DNA of 39,608 nt from Nemertoderma westbladi (GCA_032718475.1 JAUCBJ010002171.1:1-39608); one strand, 5' to 3'. Numbered from the stretch's first letter, positions 1 to 12,561 are shown. Notes: generated from the sequence alone by a model not told the origin. Numbers and translations are program-made.

Positions 1-144
1 TCAATGCCAAATAAGTATCGTTTTCTCTTACAGTAAGTATGAAAGTTTAAATTTTCTAGTTAAAATTTAAAGTCTGAAGTTTAAGTTCTAACTCTGTTTT
101 GGTAATTAATATTTATATAATTCAAGGTGTTTAAAGGTAGTAGT

Positions 145-1189
145 TTATTTTCGCGATGGTTTTTTTAACTTTCTTTGTTTTCGTTTTTTTGCAGATTTTC
201 TGCAAATGGGCGACTTTATAAGGACGGTCTTTTCTTTTCCAGGCACACGAACTCTCGCCTCAGAATGAAAAATTGTTCTGAGTTTTTTCTTTAAAAACTG
301 TGCGTAAATATTATTCCTTTCGTTTTCAGGGGTCTTCGACCACTGCATTTGAGTGTACTCAAATTTCGCCTTCATGCTTTTCCTTCATGTTTTGTGGCTG
401 TTCGTGGTCTTTGAAGGGCGCCCAAACAATCCGTTTATTCTCTCTCTTGGGGAATGTATACTTCCCTTCAATTTCTTTAACAAGAGATGCGCGGCCATTT
501 ACTATAGAGTGGAGTGATTTGGCCTGTTTCGACTTATATGAATCCCATGGTCCGAAATGATCGTAGAAAACATTTTTCCCAGCAATCGATTTGTGATGTT
601 GAACTACAAAGTAGTTATCAGAACAATCTCTGTGTGGAACCTTCGGCAACTATTTTGATTTGTGGAGCAGATCAATACACGTATCAATTGCAAGGATTTT
701 ACCACAAAGTGTGCCCTGACCATAAAGTAGAGGAAAATCCGGATGCACGGATATGGGCACACTAAACTCTGAATCGTTTTCACTCGCAGAAAATGGATTC
801 ATACAGGAATCTGATTCTTTTTCTAGTAAATCATTTTTTGCACGATATTGCGTTGGTAAAATTTCGGATCCGGATTCACTAGTTAATGGAATAGCTTCAC
901 CGCTGCTATCGCTTCCAAAAACCCCAGAAAACAATTCTCCAGAAGAAGAAGCCAATGGTATTATAGGTGTACTTGTTCTAAATGGGATTGGAATCTCCTC
1001 AGTGCAACTGGAATCATTATCATTGTCTTCAACTTCCCTCTTACTTAGCACTACAAAATGGTTAGTTAAACCAGTTTTTAGTAACTCACGTTCACTTGTG
1101 TGACTCCACATCACAAAAATGGGTGGGGGAACTATGTTTCTCACTCCACGGCCTCTTATTACACGTTTGTAACTGTGGGACACGGACAT
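145..1189 (-). pseudogene. Degenerate reading frame (in-frame TAG at 650-652, frameshift near 360-375), possibly a transposon-associated protein remnant
   Basis: ORFs 650..1189 and 359..649 are in the same frame, separated by one stop, and overlap ORF 145..375. No family securely recognised. Confidence 0.3.
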
Positions 1190-2475
1190 GGTGAGTTTTG
1201 AAATTACCCGCGAAAAATTACCATGTTGAAAAGACCATTCATAGAATCATCAACTTTGTGTTTTAATAAATATATTTAAGGAGGGATGGGGGGGAGTGGC
1301 TTTCACCTCCAAATTAAACCTTAGGCCTACATTTTGGTGTCATATTATTGTAGCTGAAACGCTTAAGAACAGCGGTAATTTTCCTTTGTCCATTTGCACG
1401 TGAGTCCGTTAAGGGTAACTATACTGTATTTACAATATACTGGTTCAAATGAGATACAACTCTTTTTTATACTGTAAGTCGCAAAAGTTATTTTAATTCT
1501 CACCATTCGGAATGCCCAATGCCAAATGGTGGAAAATAGGACATGATGGTTGTGTTCAACACCGCCGATAATGCATAAAATGGGAATATGCCTCCCCAAG
1601 CAGAATATGTTACTACGGATTTTAGCAGCTCATTATAAGTTGGACTCACTATATATACGCTATTTACGATTATTAAGCAGTCAGAATGTCTTTTCTAACA
1701 TGAGGCAACCCGACGCCATAGGTACTTAGACGAAGATGTTCAGAAAGAGCAATATCTTTGAATCCATCACATGGTTCGTTAGATGTCGTTGTATATGCTA
1801 ACTTCATCCTGCAAGTAAAATATAGTGTGCAGTATAACTGTAATAATAATCTACTATTTTCTACAAGAATTACTGTATAATCTAACACTCATTGTGTAAT
1901 GTGTCATACTGTATATATTGCTCGTATAGGTCTACACGCAGACTGCCATATACCAGAATATATATGACACATTTTACACAATCTATACTGTATGACACAA
2001 AAATACTGGCGATAATTTGAATCGAAATTTTTATAATTTTTTATTTATTTTTTTTTGATAATTTTTTTCGAAACTGGAAGTGGATAACTGAACGGAAGTG
2101 GAAACAGGATAACTGGAAGTGTTTATTAAAATAAAATTATTTGGTCTTGACAATTAAATGTTAAATTAAACATTAAAATTCTATACTATGTAGTATGCGT
2201 AAAAACAGTTCATTCCCTCCGTAAAAAGTTACACATTTTATATCCAGTAAAAAAATCCCCCATGCGTAACGCATTCGTGCCACCTGGAGCATTCGTAAAA
2301 GGTACGTTAAATTTTTTCTAAGTTTCGTGAAGCCTTACTCAATGGTTCGTCACTACAAATTATTTCACGAATGCGTATAATATTCGTATTATACATTTGC
2401 GACTGCGTTACGAATGCTTTTTATTCACTGGGTACATCCCCTTTACCTATAGTTAGTCACTCAGTTATGACTAAC

Positions 2476-2672
2476 CTTTTAAGTGCCCTTTTTACGTCAT
2501 AGTTACCACAAGCGCTGTGTGTGCAGCCTTTGCATAGGAATATCATTGACTGCTCTCCCCATTGGCTAAACAGCCAAGGACTCATGTTGTTGATACATTT
2601 GGCGTGTGTCCAGCTTTCACAATTGTCACACAATATACTCTCCACCCCGACTTTGCACTCGCTATTGCAAAC
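2476..2672 (-). pseudogene. Isolated PHD-finger-like exon/remnant
   Basis: Translates VCNSECKVGVESILCDNCESWTHAKC...FLCKGC (C4HC3-like spacing, first Cys absent). Flanked by tttgtag| acceptor and AG|GTTAGT donor. No partner exons identified. Confidence 0.5.
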
Positions 2673-3375
2673 CTACAAACAAAACGAGTTCTTTATTAGT
2701 AGTGTTAATTAAAAATTAGTGTTTAAATACTAATACATGTAGACCTACAGTATGTACCGTTAGAACTGTAGAACACTATAACTTCAAGTGCCTATACGGG
2801 ACCTGGAATATGATAATCTTTGTCATCTCATCAGAACTGGTACGCTTATCTGTTAGGAAACCATCCTCGAAGCAACTAGACAATTCTTGCTGCCGCATGA
2901 GCCTGACCGGTAGATACGAATAAAATTTCAATAAAAAATTTCATATACTTGAATTTACGGTGTTTTGCAAGCCAATTTTTGACTTGGGGGGTTCTGCCTC
3001 GAAGTGGGCATAAGTTACGGGGAACTGTCTTTGGCTTATAACTCAAAAATGGCTGGTAGAAAAGCTTCGGGGTTCTGCCAGACGAAAAAGCCGATATCGA
3101 ATTACCCAAAAAGTCAAAAACATGAAAATCGAAAAAAATCGACTTAGGGGGTTCTGCCTTGAAGGTGACGTTACAAATATAATACTTTAAGACTAAACAG
3201 GACGAACGCAACGAGGCAAACAATGGATAAGAGTAATTATCGTATTTATATTTACATATTAATATTTTCATACTGTATATTAAAAAATACAATATTGTCA
3301 TAAATTTATACATGAGTTTATAAAACATACATTTGTCACAAACTTTGTCAACATAGAAGATATAAATACAAGAGA

Positions 3376-3795
3376 CTAATCCCCAAAGAGTCAACCCGGG
3401 GATGGGCAGGCAGTGCCAGGACAGACGCCGCATTGCCCACCAGAATGGCCACGACGATGCGCTGAAGTAGGGACCTGTGGGAGCGTGGCTCATGCGTCAC
3501 GGTATGGAGATGGGACCCGATCTCCTGGAGGATGTCTCCGGACCGGGGCGGCCGAGGGTCTTGCGTCTTGAACGCAAAAGGGTGGAATATATGCCCCGAT
3601 CCACCACCTCTACATACGTCATGTTCTTCCCCTACTCGGCTCCTCCTGCAACACGACCCCCTGCAATTAGGGTCTGTTGGCAGTGACTAGGGGCAAGGGG
3701 GTAAAACACCACTGTCAACCCTGGGACCAAGGCACAAGTAAGTGTCTCTCCGTCTACACGCTCCCCGTCGTTGCGGCAGAGTCCTGATGGTCCTA
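3376..3795 (-). mobile_element. Degenerate 3' end of a CRE-clade-like non-LTR retrotransposon (restriction-like endonuclease domain)
   Basis: GC-rich island. Minus-strand frames (with shifts and a stop) give GPSGLCRNDGERVDG, PWSQG, LAPSH, HIFHPFAFKT and LLQRIVVAILVGNAASVL, matching the EPxGLxRxDGKRPDG...PW...QRxSxAIQRGNAASVL pattern of CRE-like RLE domains. Confidence 0.7.
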
Positions 3796-3985
3796 GATCT
3801 CTATACAGTAGAATATACGTAGAATATCTCTATTGGAATCTCTATAGAATACTAAGCAAATTTAGTGCCAGCGGCCAAGAGTAGGTCTAATGACCACCGG
3901 TTTATAAGTACAAACGTCCCACTAATTTAGTGGGCTGCTGCAGCTTACTGTTGTATTTATAATAGGTCATGGCAGGCGATAGTTC

Positions 3986-4173
3986 TATATAATATAATAT
4001 AATATAAATATAATATAATATAAATATAATATAAATATAATATAAATATAATATAAATATAATATAAATATAATATAAATATAATATAAATATAATATAA
4101 ATATAATATAAATATAATATAAATATAATATAAATATAATATAAATATAATATAAATATAATATAAATAATAT
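3986..4173. repeat. AT-only 11-bp tandem repeat (ATAAATATAAT)n
   Basis: Directly visible periodicity. Confidence 0.95.
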
Positions 4174-4236
4174 AAGTATTATATTCGTAAAATTGGCCGA
4201 TAAAGTAGGTCGATAAATCAATGGGAAGTGGGTCAA

Positions 4237-5455
4237 TACAAAACACAGAAAAACAAACAAAACACACAAGAACACACAAAAACAAACAAAAACAAATAAA
4301 ACACACAAAAACAAACAAAAACACACAAAAACAAATAAAACACATAAAAACAAATAAAAACATACAAAACACACAAAAAGAAACGAAAACACACAAAAAC
4401 AAACAAAAACACACAAAAACAAATAAACAAAAACACACACAAACAAACAAAAGCAAACAAAAACACAAAAACAAACACAAATAAACAAAAACAAACAAAA
4501 ACACACACAAACAAACAAAAGCAAACAAAACACACAAAAACAAACAAAAACACACACAAACAAACAAAAGCAAACAAAACACACAAAAACAAACAAAAGA
4601 CACATAAAGAAACAAAACACACTAAAACAAACAAAAACACACAAAAACAAACAGAAACACACAAAAACATACAATTCACACAAAAACACACAAAAACATA
4701 CAATTCACACAAAACAAACAAAAACACACAAAAACACACAAAAACAAACAAAGACACACAAAAACAAACAAAGACACACAAAAACAAACAAAAACACACA
4801 AAAACAAACAAAGACACACAAAAACAAACAAAAACACACAAAAACAAATAAAAACAAACAAAACAAACAAAAACAAACAAAACATGTAGAAAGAAACAAA
4901 ACACACAAAAACAAACAAAAACACACAAAAACAAACAATTCACACAAAAACACACAAAAACATACAATTCACACAAAAACACACAAAACAAACAAAAACA
5001 CACAAAAACACACAAAAACAAACAAAGACACACAAAAACAAACAAAAACACACAAAAACAAATAAAAACAAACAAACCAAACAAAAACAAACAAAACATG
5101 TAGAAAGAAACAAAACACACAAAAACAAACAAAAACACACAAAAACATACAATTCACACAAAAACACACAAAAACATACAATTCACACAAAAACACACAA
5201 AACAAACAAAAACACACAAAAACAAACAAAGTCACACAAAAACAAACAAAGACACACAAAAACAAACAAAAACACACAAAAACAAACAAAGACACACAAA
5301 AACAAACAAAAACACACAAAAACAAATAAAAACAAACAAAACAAACAAAAACAAACAAAACATGTAGAAAGAAACAAAACACACAAAAACAAACAAAAAC
5401 ACACAAAAACAAACAAAAACACACAAAAACAAACAAAAACATATAAAACACACAA
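4237..5455. repeat. A/C-rich ~10-bp-unit minisatellite (AAAACACACA/AAAACAAACA) with higher-order blocks
   Basis: Visible periodicity. Marker ACATGTAGAAAGAAAC recurs near 4882, 5096 and 5360. Confidence 0.95.
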
Positions 5456-6486
5456 ATTATAATAACTATTTACATTATTGTATGAAAAGTAGCACTATTA
5501 GTGTTTATTACTCTTGTACAGTATATTTATGTGAAAAACAGTTCAATTTATTTTGTAACACAATATCGCAATCGCTCTATCTTTTATTAAAGAATTAAGC
5601 AACAATGAAGTACCAATTTAAGAATAAAATTACGTAGACCTATTACATATGGAAAAAAAACTTAGAACATATAAGCAGTGAGGTTTATAACTGGTCTTTC
5701 CCATGTCTGCATGTAACAAATAATTAGTTTTACAACTGCCATTCAATTCAACCATAATTTGGCACCTTTGGACCCAACTCTTACAAAAAAATGCAGTATA
5801 ATATTTCTTTACACAATTATTATTATTTGCAATATCCGGACACCATAATAATAATGATCATCATAATAATATTACGCATAGGATAGGGAATATGAAATAC
5901 AGACACAGTGTGTATAATGATAAAGTATGAATGAATCGAGCTAGTACTGTAGTTTCAGATTCAGGGAGAATTCACTGTGACGTCAACATATGATGAATCA
6001 GATGACAGGATGATGGTAGTCATAAATCGAGTATATTTTTCTTCCCGGAAGAGTTATTCTCACCAAGCTTGGAAAGAGATGTTGGGGAAACGCAACCACT
6101 GTCCACTGTAATAATCGCAGTTTGCGCAATTTATCAAAGGCATCATCAACTTATATCAACCATAACCTGATCACAATCATTAGTAATGTTTAGATGGAAT
6201 AAGCGCAATGCATCCGCCTAGACAATGTGATGTTCTATGGGAATTCCACAGAGGATCGAGGGCATCAATGATCTAATTTATACTGAAGGTACCTGTAGCG
6301 AGCGTAGACTACTGGACTATGCCTATTTCAGCAATAATTATTTGCGTTTTGGATTACAATTAAGTACATCCACACCATACAGACAAACATGCATACAAAC
6401 AGACAACAACCCAAACCACAATGATAATTCTGTAATTAATTATCGTTCAGATTCAGGTTTGCAGGCATTTCATTTATGTGCCGTAT

Positions 6487-6563
6487 GTTTTTGTGTGTTT
6501 TTGTGTGTTTTTGTGCGTTTTTGTGTGTTTTTGTGTGTTTTTGTGTGTTTTTGTGTGTTTTTG
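6487..6563. repeat. (TTTTTGTGTG)n, reverse complement of the 4237-5455 unit
   Basis: About 8 copies of the 10-mer. Confidence 0.9.
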
Positions 6564-6736
6564 GTGTAAATAGACGTCCCCCACTGACACGACACAGCAG
6601 CACAGGTGTACTGCAGTACTTCTTACATTGTATTGCACTTTTCATATATTTTATTTTATTTATTTTATTTTATTTAATTAAATTTTTACTCTCATGCCGT
6701 ATTTGATGAGCGCTAATTAATAGAATGAATTTTAAA

Positions 6737-6781
6737 TAGGACCCCCATGGAAACGAGGTTTAACCTCATGGGGCTATCCTA
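6737..6781 (+). other. Bulged stem-loop resembling CR1/L2 LINE 3'-UTR hairpin
   Basis: TAGGA/TCCTA, CCCCAT/ATGGGG and GAGGT/ACCTC stems with a GGAAAC bulge, after a T-rich tract. Confidence 0.35.
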
Positions 6782-8777
6782 GGTGCACCATATTATTTTT
6801 CAATAGTGTTACTGTGTTAACAGGTTAACGTTATTTTTAATTTTGTTGTAAATGTTGTCAGAATGCTGGAATGTAATGCAGGGCCGATCATTAAGTATGT
6901 CTATTTATGCTGTCAATTTTAATATGTTTCGTAATTTTAATATGCTTTGTGTTCGTTTTACAGTAGGCACTATTACTATAATTTGGCGTCCAATAAAAAA
7001 CTTCAACTTCAACTTCTACTGGTATTACTGTATTACAGTATTAGGCCTTCTACAGTACAGCAGTATTACTGGCAGACTGGTATCAGTATCAGGTATACCG
7101 GTGTCTGTCAGCATGCTGTGCCAACCTCTTGCTGTCTTGACGTAGCCCACATCTAGCCAAATAAGAGGATATGGATATAATATAGTATAAGAGGATATGG
7201 TCCTAAGACGTACGAATTAGGGGTACCCAAAAAAACACAAAATTCCCCAAAAATACACAAAAAATACAGAAAAACACAAAAATGTACCCAAAAAAAACAC
7301 AAAAAAAAACATTAAAACACAAAAAAACACAATATTAGGCTGCCGTATATTTTATTAATCTTCTTTTAACTTCAGTTTTTTTACTGCTTTTTTTTTTATT
7401 GAATTTCTACCGTTTTACTTTACTACTTATTTTATTTAATTTTTCCCATTGGTTTAAAAATGTATATCGTATTTTCCCAGTTGTCCTATTTTTACTCACA
7501 TGCTATGCAATCCGTTATGTATTAATCTGTTATCTTAATGAATTTGTACCGTTTTACTATAGTACCTGTTTTATTTAACAATCCATTCTCAGTTGTTTTT
7601 CTTACCTTTTTTTAATGAATTTGTACTGTTTTACTTTACTATTATTGTACCTATTTTATTTAATTTTTCAGTAGTTATACAATGTATGTATATCGTATTG
7701 TTATGCTGTCACACATTCCGGAATCACAGTTCCCAGTTGTTCTATTTTACTCTCATGTTGTGCAATCCCACTTTAATTATTTATCTGATACTGCGTTTTA
7801 CATTTATAGCCAATAATCATATTCTGTTTACACTGTATAGATTACTTTTATGCCATTAATTTTTATCTATTTTATCTAGATAGTCCACGGTGATATATAA
7901 ACCTTTATATTTACGTTGCGCCATTTTTTTGTACTATGGAGACATGCCGTAAATGCTAAATGTATGTTGCATTCTACCTTGTTGTGTTGTTTAAATGTTT
8001 GAGTAACTCTATACCGCAGCCACACCACTAGGATCTTAATTACGGCTAATGAATGAATGTAGTTATTTATGTATTGTCTGTTGTCTTCAATATATGTTTG
8101 TTATCACCAGGATTTTTCGGTTCATGACTTATCATTAACTTACATATTTTAAACTTTATTAGCGGTCCGGTACCGTGTTAAATCATGTGTTTAATTTGTT
8201 TTTAAGAAAATCAGTTAATCAATCAAAAATCAATCAATGGACATGGAGGGTCATAGTGAAGGAAGAGAAGCTGAAAACGAGGTCTGGGGTAATACAGATT
8301 ACTATGCATGGAATATAATTAGCACAAAACCAGTGATCACATCCATCACATTATTGAACCCTTTGTGATGAAATGCCAGCAGGGCGTAGCCGTAGGCCTA
8401 ACCTACACAAATGACAGAATACCATTTTCCCCTTCGTCTCACTAGTCTGCTCACTTCAGCACTTCCTATGTCCGCCGAACCTTCGTCCCCAATACTGCAA
8501 TAATACAGGTGTATTTTTGTTTTGTCTTATATATTTTATGAATTAAAAATATAAATTCAAAGGATCAAATATTCGGTGTTAGAGGTCGGTACAGTATACA
8601 TTACATAGTGGTACTGCTGCTTGCTGTAGGCTGTAACAGTGTAGGCCTAGGCCATTATATTTTCCAACCTCTGAAATATAAGCTTCCACTCCAAACTGCA
8701 AAAATCTGAACATTGATCTGCGACATTTACCTCTTACCGACACACCAGCACACCCCAGGGTTCTTCTGGTTTATGTA

Positions 8778-10421
8778 ATGGATACCGGTAGTGAAGCCGT
8801 GAACAGGCCTATCTGCGTTATTCCGGGTTGTAATATTAAAACCTTCGGAAAAGCGGTACATACCCTCGCTAAGTTAGGCGAGGAGTTGTACTTCGAGCCG
8901 ATCCGAGAAGGTCTGAGTCTCCGCACGGTCAATCCTTCCCGATCAGCCTACGCTTGCTTCACATTTTACTCAAACTATTTCACTCTATTCGATTTACGTC
9001 CTGAAGGCACACAATCATTCCATTGTAAATTCCCCGTTAAAACATTTTTAACCATATTTAAGTCTCTCCCGTGGCTAGAGAAAATGGCTGAAATTATGAA
9101 GATCGGAGTTGAACTCGATTCCAACAGGTTGATCGTTGTCCTCCACTGTAAACACGGCATCATAAAGTCCTTCAGTTTACCGTACCAGGACTGTGAAAGT
9201 CTCCAGGCCTTCTACAACAAGGACATGTGCCCCAACGCTATCACATCTCCTCCTAAGTTCTTCACTGACGGTCTATCAAACTTCCAGCACAGCGCGGATG
9301 AGATCACACTCAGTGTCACCTCGGAACTCTTAACCCTCAGTAACTACACGGAAGACGCCTCTGATCAGTCTAAGGTGGTTCACACTGAGCTCATCTATGG
9401 TGCCGACGAGTTTGTCGACTATAGGGTCGGTAATGAATCGGACGTTACCTTCTGTTTGAAGGAGTTTCGTTCGATTCTGGGGTTTACCGATTTGACGAAT
9501 TCCGGTTTGGTTCTCCATTCGTCGAGGCCAGGAGATCCGTTGATCCTTAGTTCCACGTCTGAGACTCAATTCGGTGCGTTGGTTGTGTTGGCGACGCTCT
9601 CTGAGCTGTGTACGCAGACGGATACGCAGCAGTCGATAGTCGTGGGAGAGGCGAAGAAATCGGCACGTAAGGGGGGCCGGGGTAGGGGGGGTTCGTCTCG
9701 GGGAAGAGGTAACTCATCTGGGGTTCGTGGGAACTCGTCTGGGGTTCGTCTCAGGGGTTCTTGCGTCGGCGTGGGTGGGGGCAGGGAAAGTCCGAGTGTT
9801 TCGGGGCCCCCTGATGTGGCTATTATGGACTACACTGGGATCGGGGTTGTGAGTAGGGTTGACAACAACTCGGTTGCGATTAATCAGTCAGAAGTGGCAC
9901 GGGGTTGTGAGTATAGGGAAACGGAACCAGGCAACATGGAACCACCCCGTGTGGAACCATCCCACAGAGAACCTTATCGTTCCGAAGCGGAACCATCACG
10001 TTCCCAAAACGAACCATCACGTTCTCAAGTGGAACCATCGCGTTCCCAAAACGAACTATCACGTTCCCAAGCTGAACCATCGCGTTCCCAAACCGAACCT
10101 GGTGCGTATTTCTCGCGGTGTATCTCGAGCGCCTTTGGCGACTCTTCGTTTTGGTCTGCGGGGAAGCCTCCCACCGCCAGTAACGCGAATCGCCAAGACT
10201 CATCCTTCTACCACCTCGACTCTCTAAACGAAAACGATTACATTATCGATAAAACTCCGAACGAGAAAAATAAAAACGTCTCATTGTTTTTCGATTCCCC
10301 ACAGCCGGATAGACATAACAACAATGTTACTTTATTCTTTGAGTCTGAAGAAGATGTAGGTCGTGTTAATGCTAATGGTAGCACTAGTGTTTGTCTGGCA
10401 GCTGACTCCGATGATGATTGA
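8778..10421 (+). CDS. RAD9: Cell-cycle checkpoint protein RAD9 (9-1-1 clamp subunit), intronless CDS, 547 aa
   Basis: N-terminal PCNA-like Rad9 motifs (FGKAVHTLAKLGEELYFEP, LRTVNPSRSAYACF, CKHGIIKSF, TFCLKEFR), disordered tail, and C-terminal LAADSDDD like the human VLAEDSEGEG CK2/TOPBP1 site. AATAAA at 10562. Confidence 0.93.
   Translation: MDTGSEAVNRPICVIPGCNIKTFGKAVHTLAKLGEELYFEPIREGLSLRTVNPSRSAYACFTFYSNYFTLFDLRPEGTQSFHCKFPVKTFLTIFKSLPWLEKMAEIMKIGVELDSNRLIVVLHCKHGIIKSFSLPYQDCESLQAFYNKDMCPNAITSPPKFFTDGLSNFQHSADEITLSVTSELLTLSNYTEDASDQSKVVHTELIYGADEFVDYRVGNESDVTFCLKEFRSILGFTDLTNSGLVLHSSRPGDPLILSSTSETQFGALVVLATLSELCTQTDTQQSIVVGEAKKSARKGGRGRGGSSRGRGNSSGVRGNSSGVRLRGSCVGVGGGRESPSVSGPPDVAIMDYTGIGVVSRVDNNSVAINQSEVARGCEYRETEPGNMEPPRVEPSHREPYRSEAEPSRSQNEPSRSQVEPSRSQNELSRSQAEPSRSQTEPGAYFSRCISSAFGDSSFWSAGKPPTASNANRQDSSFYHLDSLNENDYIIDKTPNEKNKNVSLFFDSPQPDRHNNNVTLFFESEEDVGRVNANGSTSVCLAADSDDD
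9969..10100 (+). repeat. Coding 21-bp tandem repeat (EPSRSQx) in RAD9 tail
   Basis: GAACCATCACGTTCCCAAAAC-like unit, 5 good copies plus 1 degenerate copy. Confidence 0.9.
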
Positions 10422-12192
10422 AGATTGTCCGTGCTAGCCTTATTTATTGCCTTACTTTATTTGGCCGTCATTTTGCTGTATATTCTTAATTAACTACTAA
10501 CAGTCATTATAGTGACTTTATGTTATGACTTTTGTCATTATCAGTGCAACTTATACTATGCAATAAATATATTTTTAACAACAGTAAAGCATTGCAGTGT
10601 TTAATTTTTGCTATTTCTTTTAAATGTATTTATTTTTAGGCCTTGAATATATCTATTTGTACAAATATTTAGTTTATTGGCTCCAATATTTTACGTAAAA
10701 GAAAGAACTCGATTCTAGAACTTGATAGTTTGAAACACATATCAATATTTTACAATTATATATTTTGAATCGGCCTATAATATTATTTCGGCGAATATAA
10801 TTTATTATCCGAATGCTGTCAAGTAAGAATACAACTATTGTACAACCTTCATAGCTTTATTTGTGTAGCCGGAGTAACGAGACGAACTCACTGTTACAAA
10901 CAAAATGCAGAGTTAAGGTGCGTTCACATAACGTATGTGTTTATTCTAGAACGCAAATGAGAGCGTATAAAAATAGAATCGCTCCTACCCTTACATAGAC
11001 ATACACAGTTATGTGCGTGCACGCCCCTTTACATGTTAAATTAACTTGGGGTGGCAGGATTCCACAAACTCCCTCTCCATATTGATTCGCTCACCGTGAC
11101 GATGTCCAGCACTCATTAATGTCAGTCTGTGTCTTGAAAATTTGTATAAATAAAGTGTTATATCATTAGGTTTAGCTTTACTGGGGTTTAGATTTATTGG
11201 TAGCTGTGCGGTGAGCAACGAAGTAAAGTCAGCAGCCTTCAGCACGTGCATGGGTACTAAGGAAGGTGGTAGTAACATGTAAAAAGTTTAAAATTGTTCA
11301 AATATAATTTTTGGAGCCTTCGAGCAGCACGAGAGAGACCCTATGTTGTCCTGGAATACCGAATATTTGATCACAAATAACTTAGTCAATAAATTAAACA
11401 AAACTCTACACATTATGTACAGTAGTAGTAGTATGTAAAAGTTGAGCAATTTTCTTAAGATTTGTTCAGGGTGGGTTTTTCTCGTAGGCGACTGAAAACG
11501 CCTCTCGCTGTACGAGTGAATGTGCTTCTTCGAATTACGGTTAGTCCCACGACCGTGTTTTTATTAGAATCACGTTGAATGGTTCAATACAGGACTAACA
11601 GTTCTACACCGTGGAATTTTTATTATTTTGGGCCTAACGCTACTGGATTCACCACCACCTCATTTTATTTATTTGTGTGGAATTATTCATAATTAGGCTC
11701 TTATACTTTGTATAACAAACAACCTTGTAACAGGAATGCATGTCATGTCACAATAGTTTAGGACGCCTTGGCATCACATATTACGTTAATTATATACACT
11801 TTTATTTTGTACCAAATTAGCGTACAGGATAACGTGTGGTGTTATAAATGTAAAGGCGCTGATTCGACTTTCACCTATTTCATCTTTGTAAGTTGTATAA
11901 TAATAATTGTGAAATAAATATAGTGAATTCGAATGACGTCATGCGATCATATTTAATATGTTGTGCTGAGATACTGGATATACAGTAAATGTATGGCGTA
12001 GGGACATACTGAGAATTAATGTCGCACTGCGATATAAAGTTGGAGAATATGTCGCCCTGGCGATTTAATAGTGCGAAATTAATTACATATAAATAACTAA
12101 AGTTGATATTATTATACATTTACTACTACTACTAGGTCGAGCGAACTCGGACAATTATACATTTAAAAATGTAAATATAATTATGGTGAAAC

Positions 12193-12561
12193 TCAAAGGA
12201 CATTGCAAAGTTGACTTTTCTTCTTAGCCGTACTATCGACGTTGTGTGATAATTGTAGCTCTGGTTTTTTTGGAGTTGCTTCTCTCTTTACTAGACTTGA
12301 TCTACCAGTGTCCTCAGCGTGCTCATTGGTATGAATTATAGTGCTTTTTATCCCGGGTTCTTTAGACCCTTTCGGGTTCTGCCACTTTCTGCCATTGTGG
12401 AATAGTTTATAGTTTGAGTTTACCATGAAGTTCATCAATCTGTTATCGGAAGTGATAATAACTAGTCTGGATTCCCCGTAGATAATATCGTTTATGTACG
12501 AATAAACATTTACATCGGCCAAGGCTGTCCCATCACATGATAACCAGATTCTAAAGGTCAT
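12193..12561 (-). CDS. NWD-like gene, terminal exon (ends KKKSQLCNVL*)
   Basis: ttttacag| acceptor at 12562-12563, phase 0. MTFRIW completes the WD repeat begun in the previous exon. Confidence 0.72.
   Translation of the reverse strand: MTFRIWLSCDGTALADVNVYSYINDIIYGESRLVIITSDNRLMNFMVNSNYKLFHNGRKWQNPKGSKEPGIKSTIIHTNEHAEDTGRSSLVKREATPKKPELQLSHNVDSTAKKKSQLCNVL

Noticed and set aside
3902-5455. Many F/V/C/L-rich minus-strand ORFs
   Set aside because: Translations of low-complexity A/C and AT repeats.
6700-6781. Second hammerhead (TGATGAG...GAAAC)
   Set aside because: Core lacks the C of CUGAUGA and no stem II links the two core strands.
7400-7770. Degenerate direct repeats and hydrophobic ORF 7593-7859
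   Set aside because: T-rich diverged local duplication with no coding signal.
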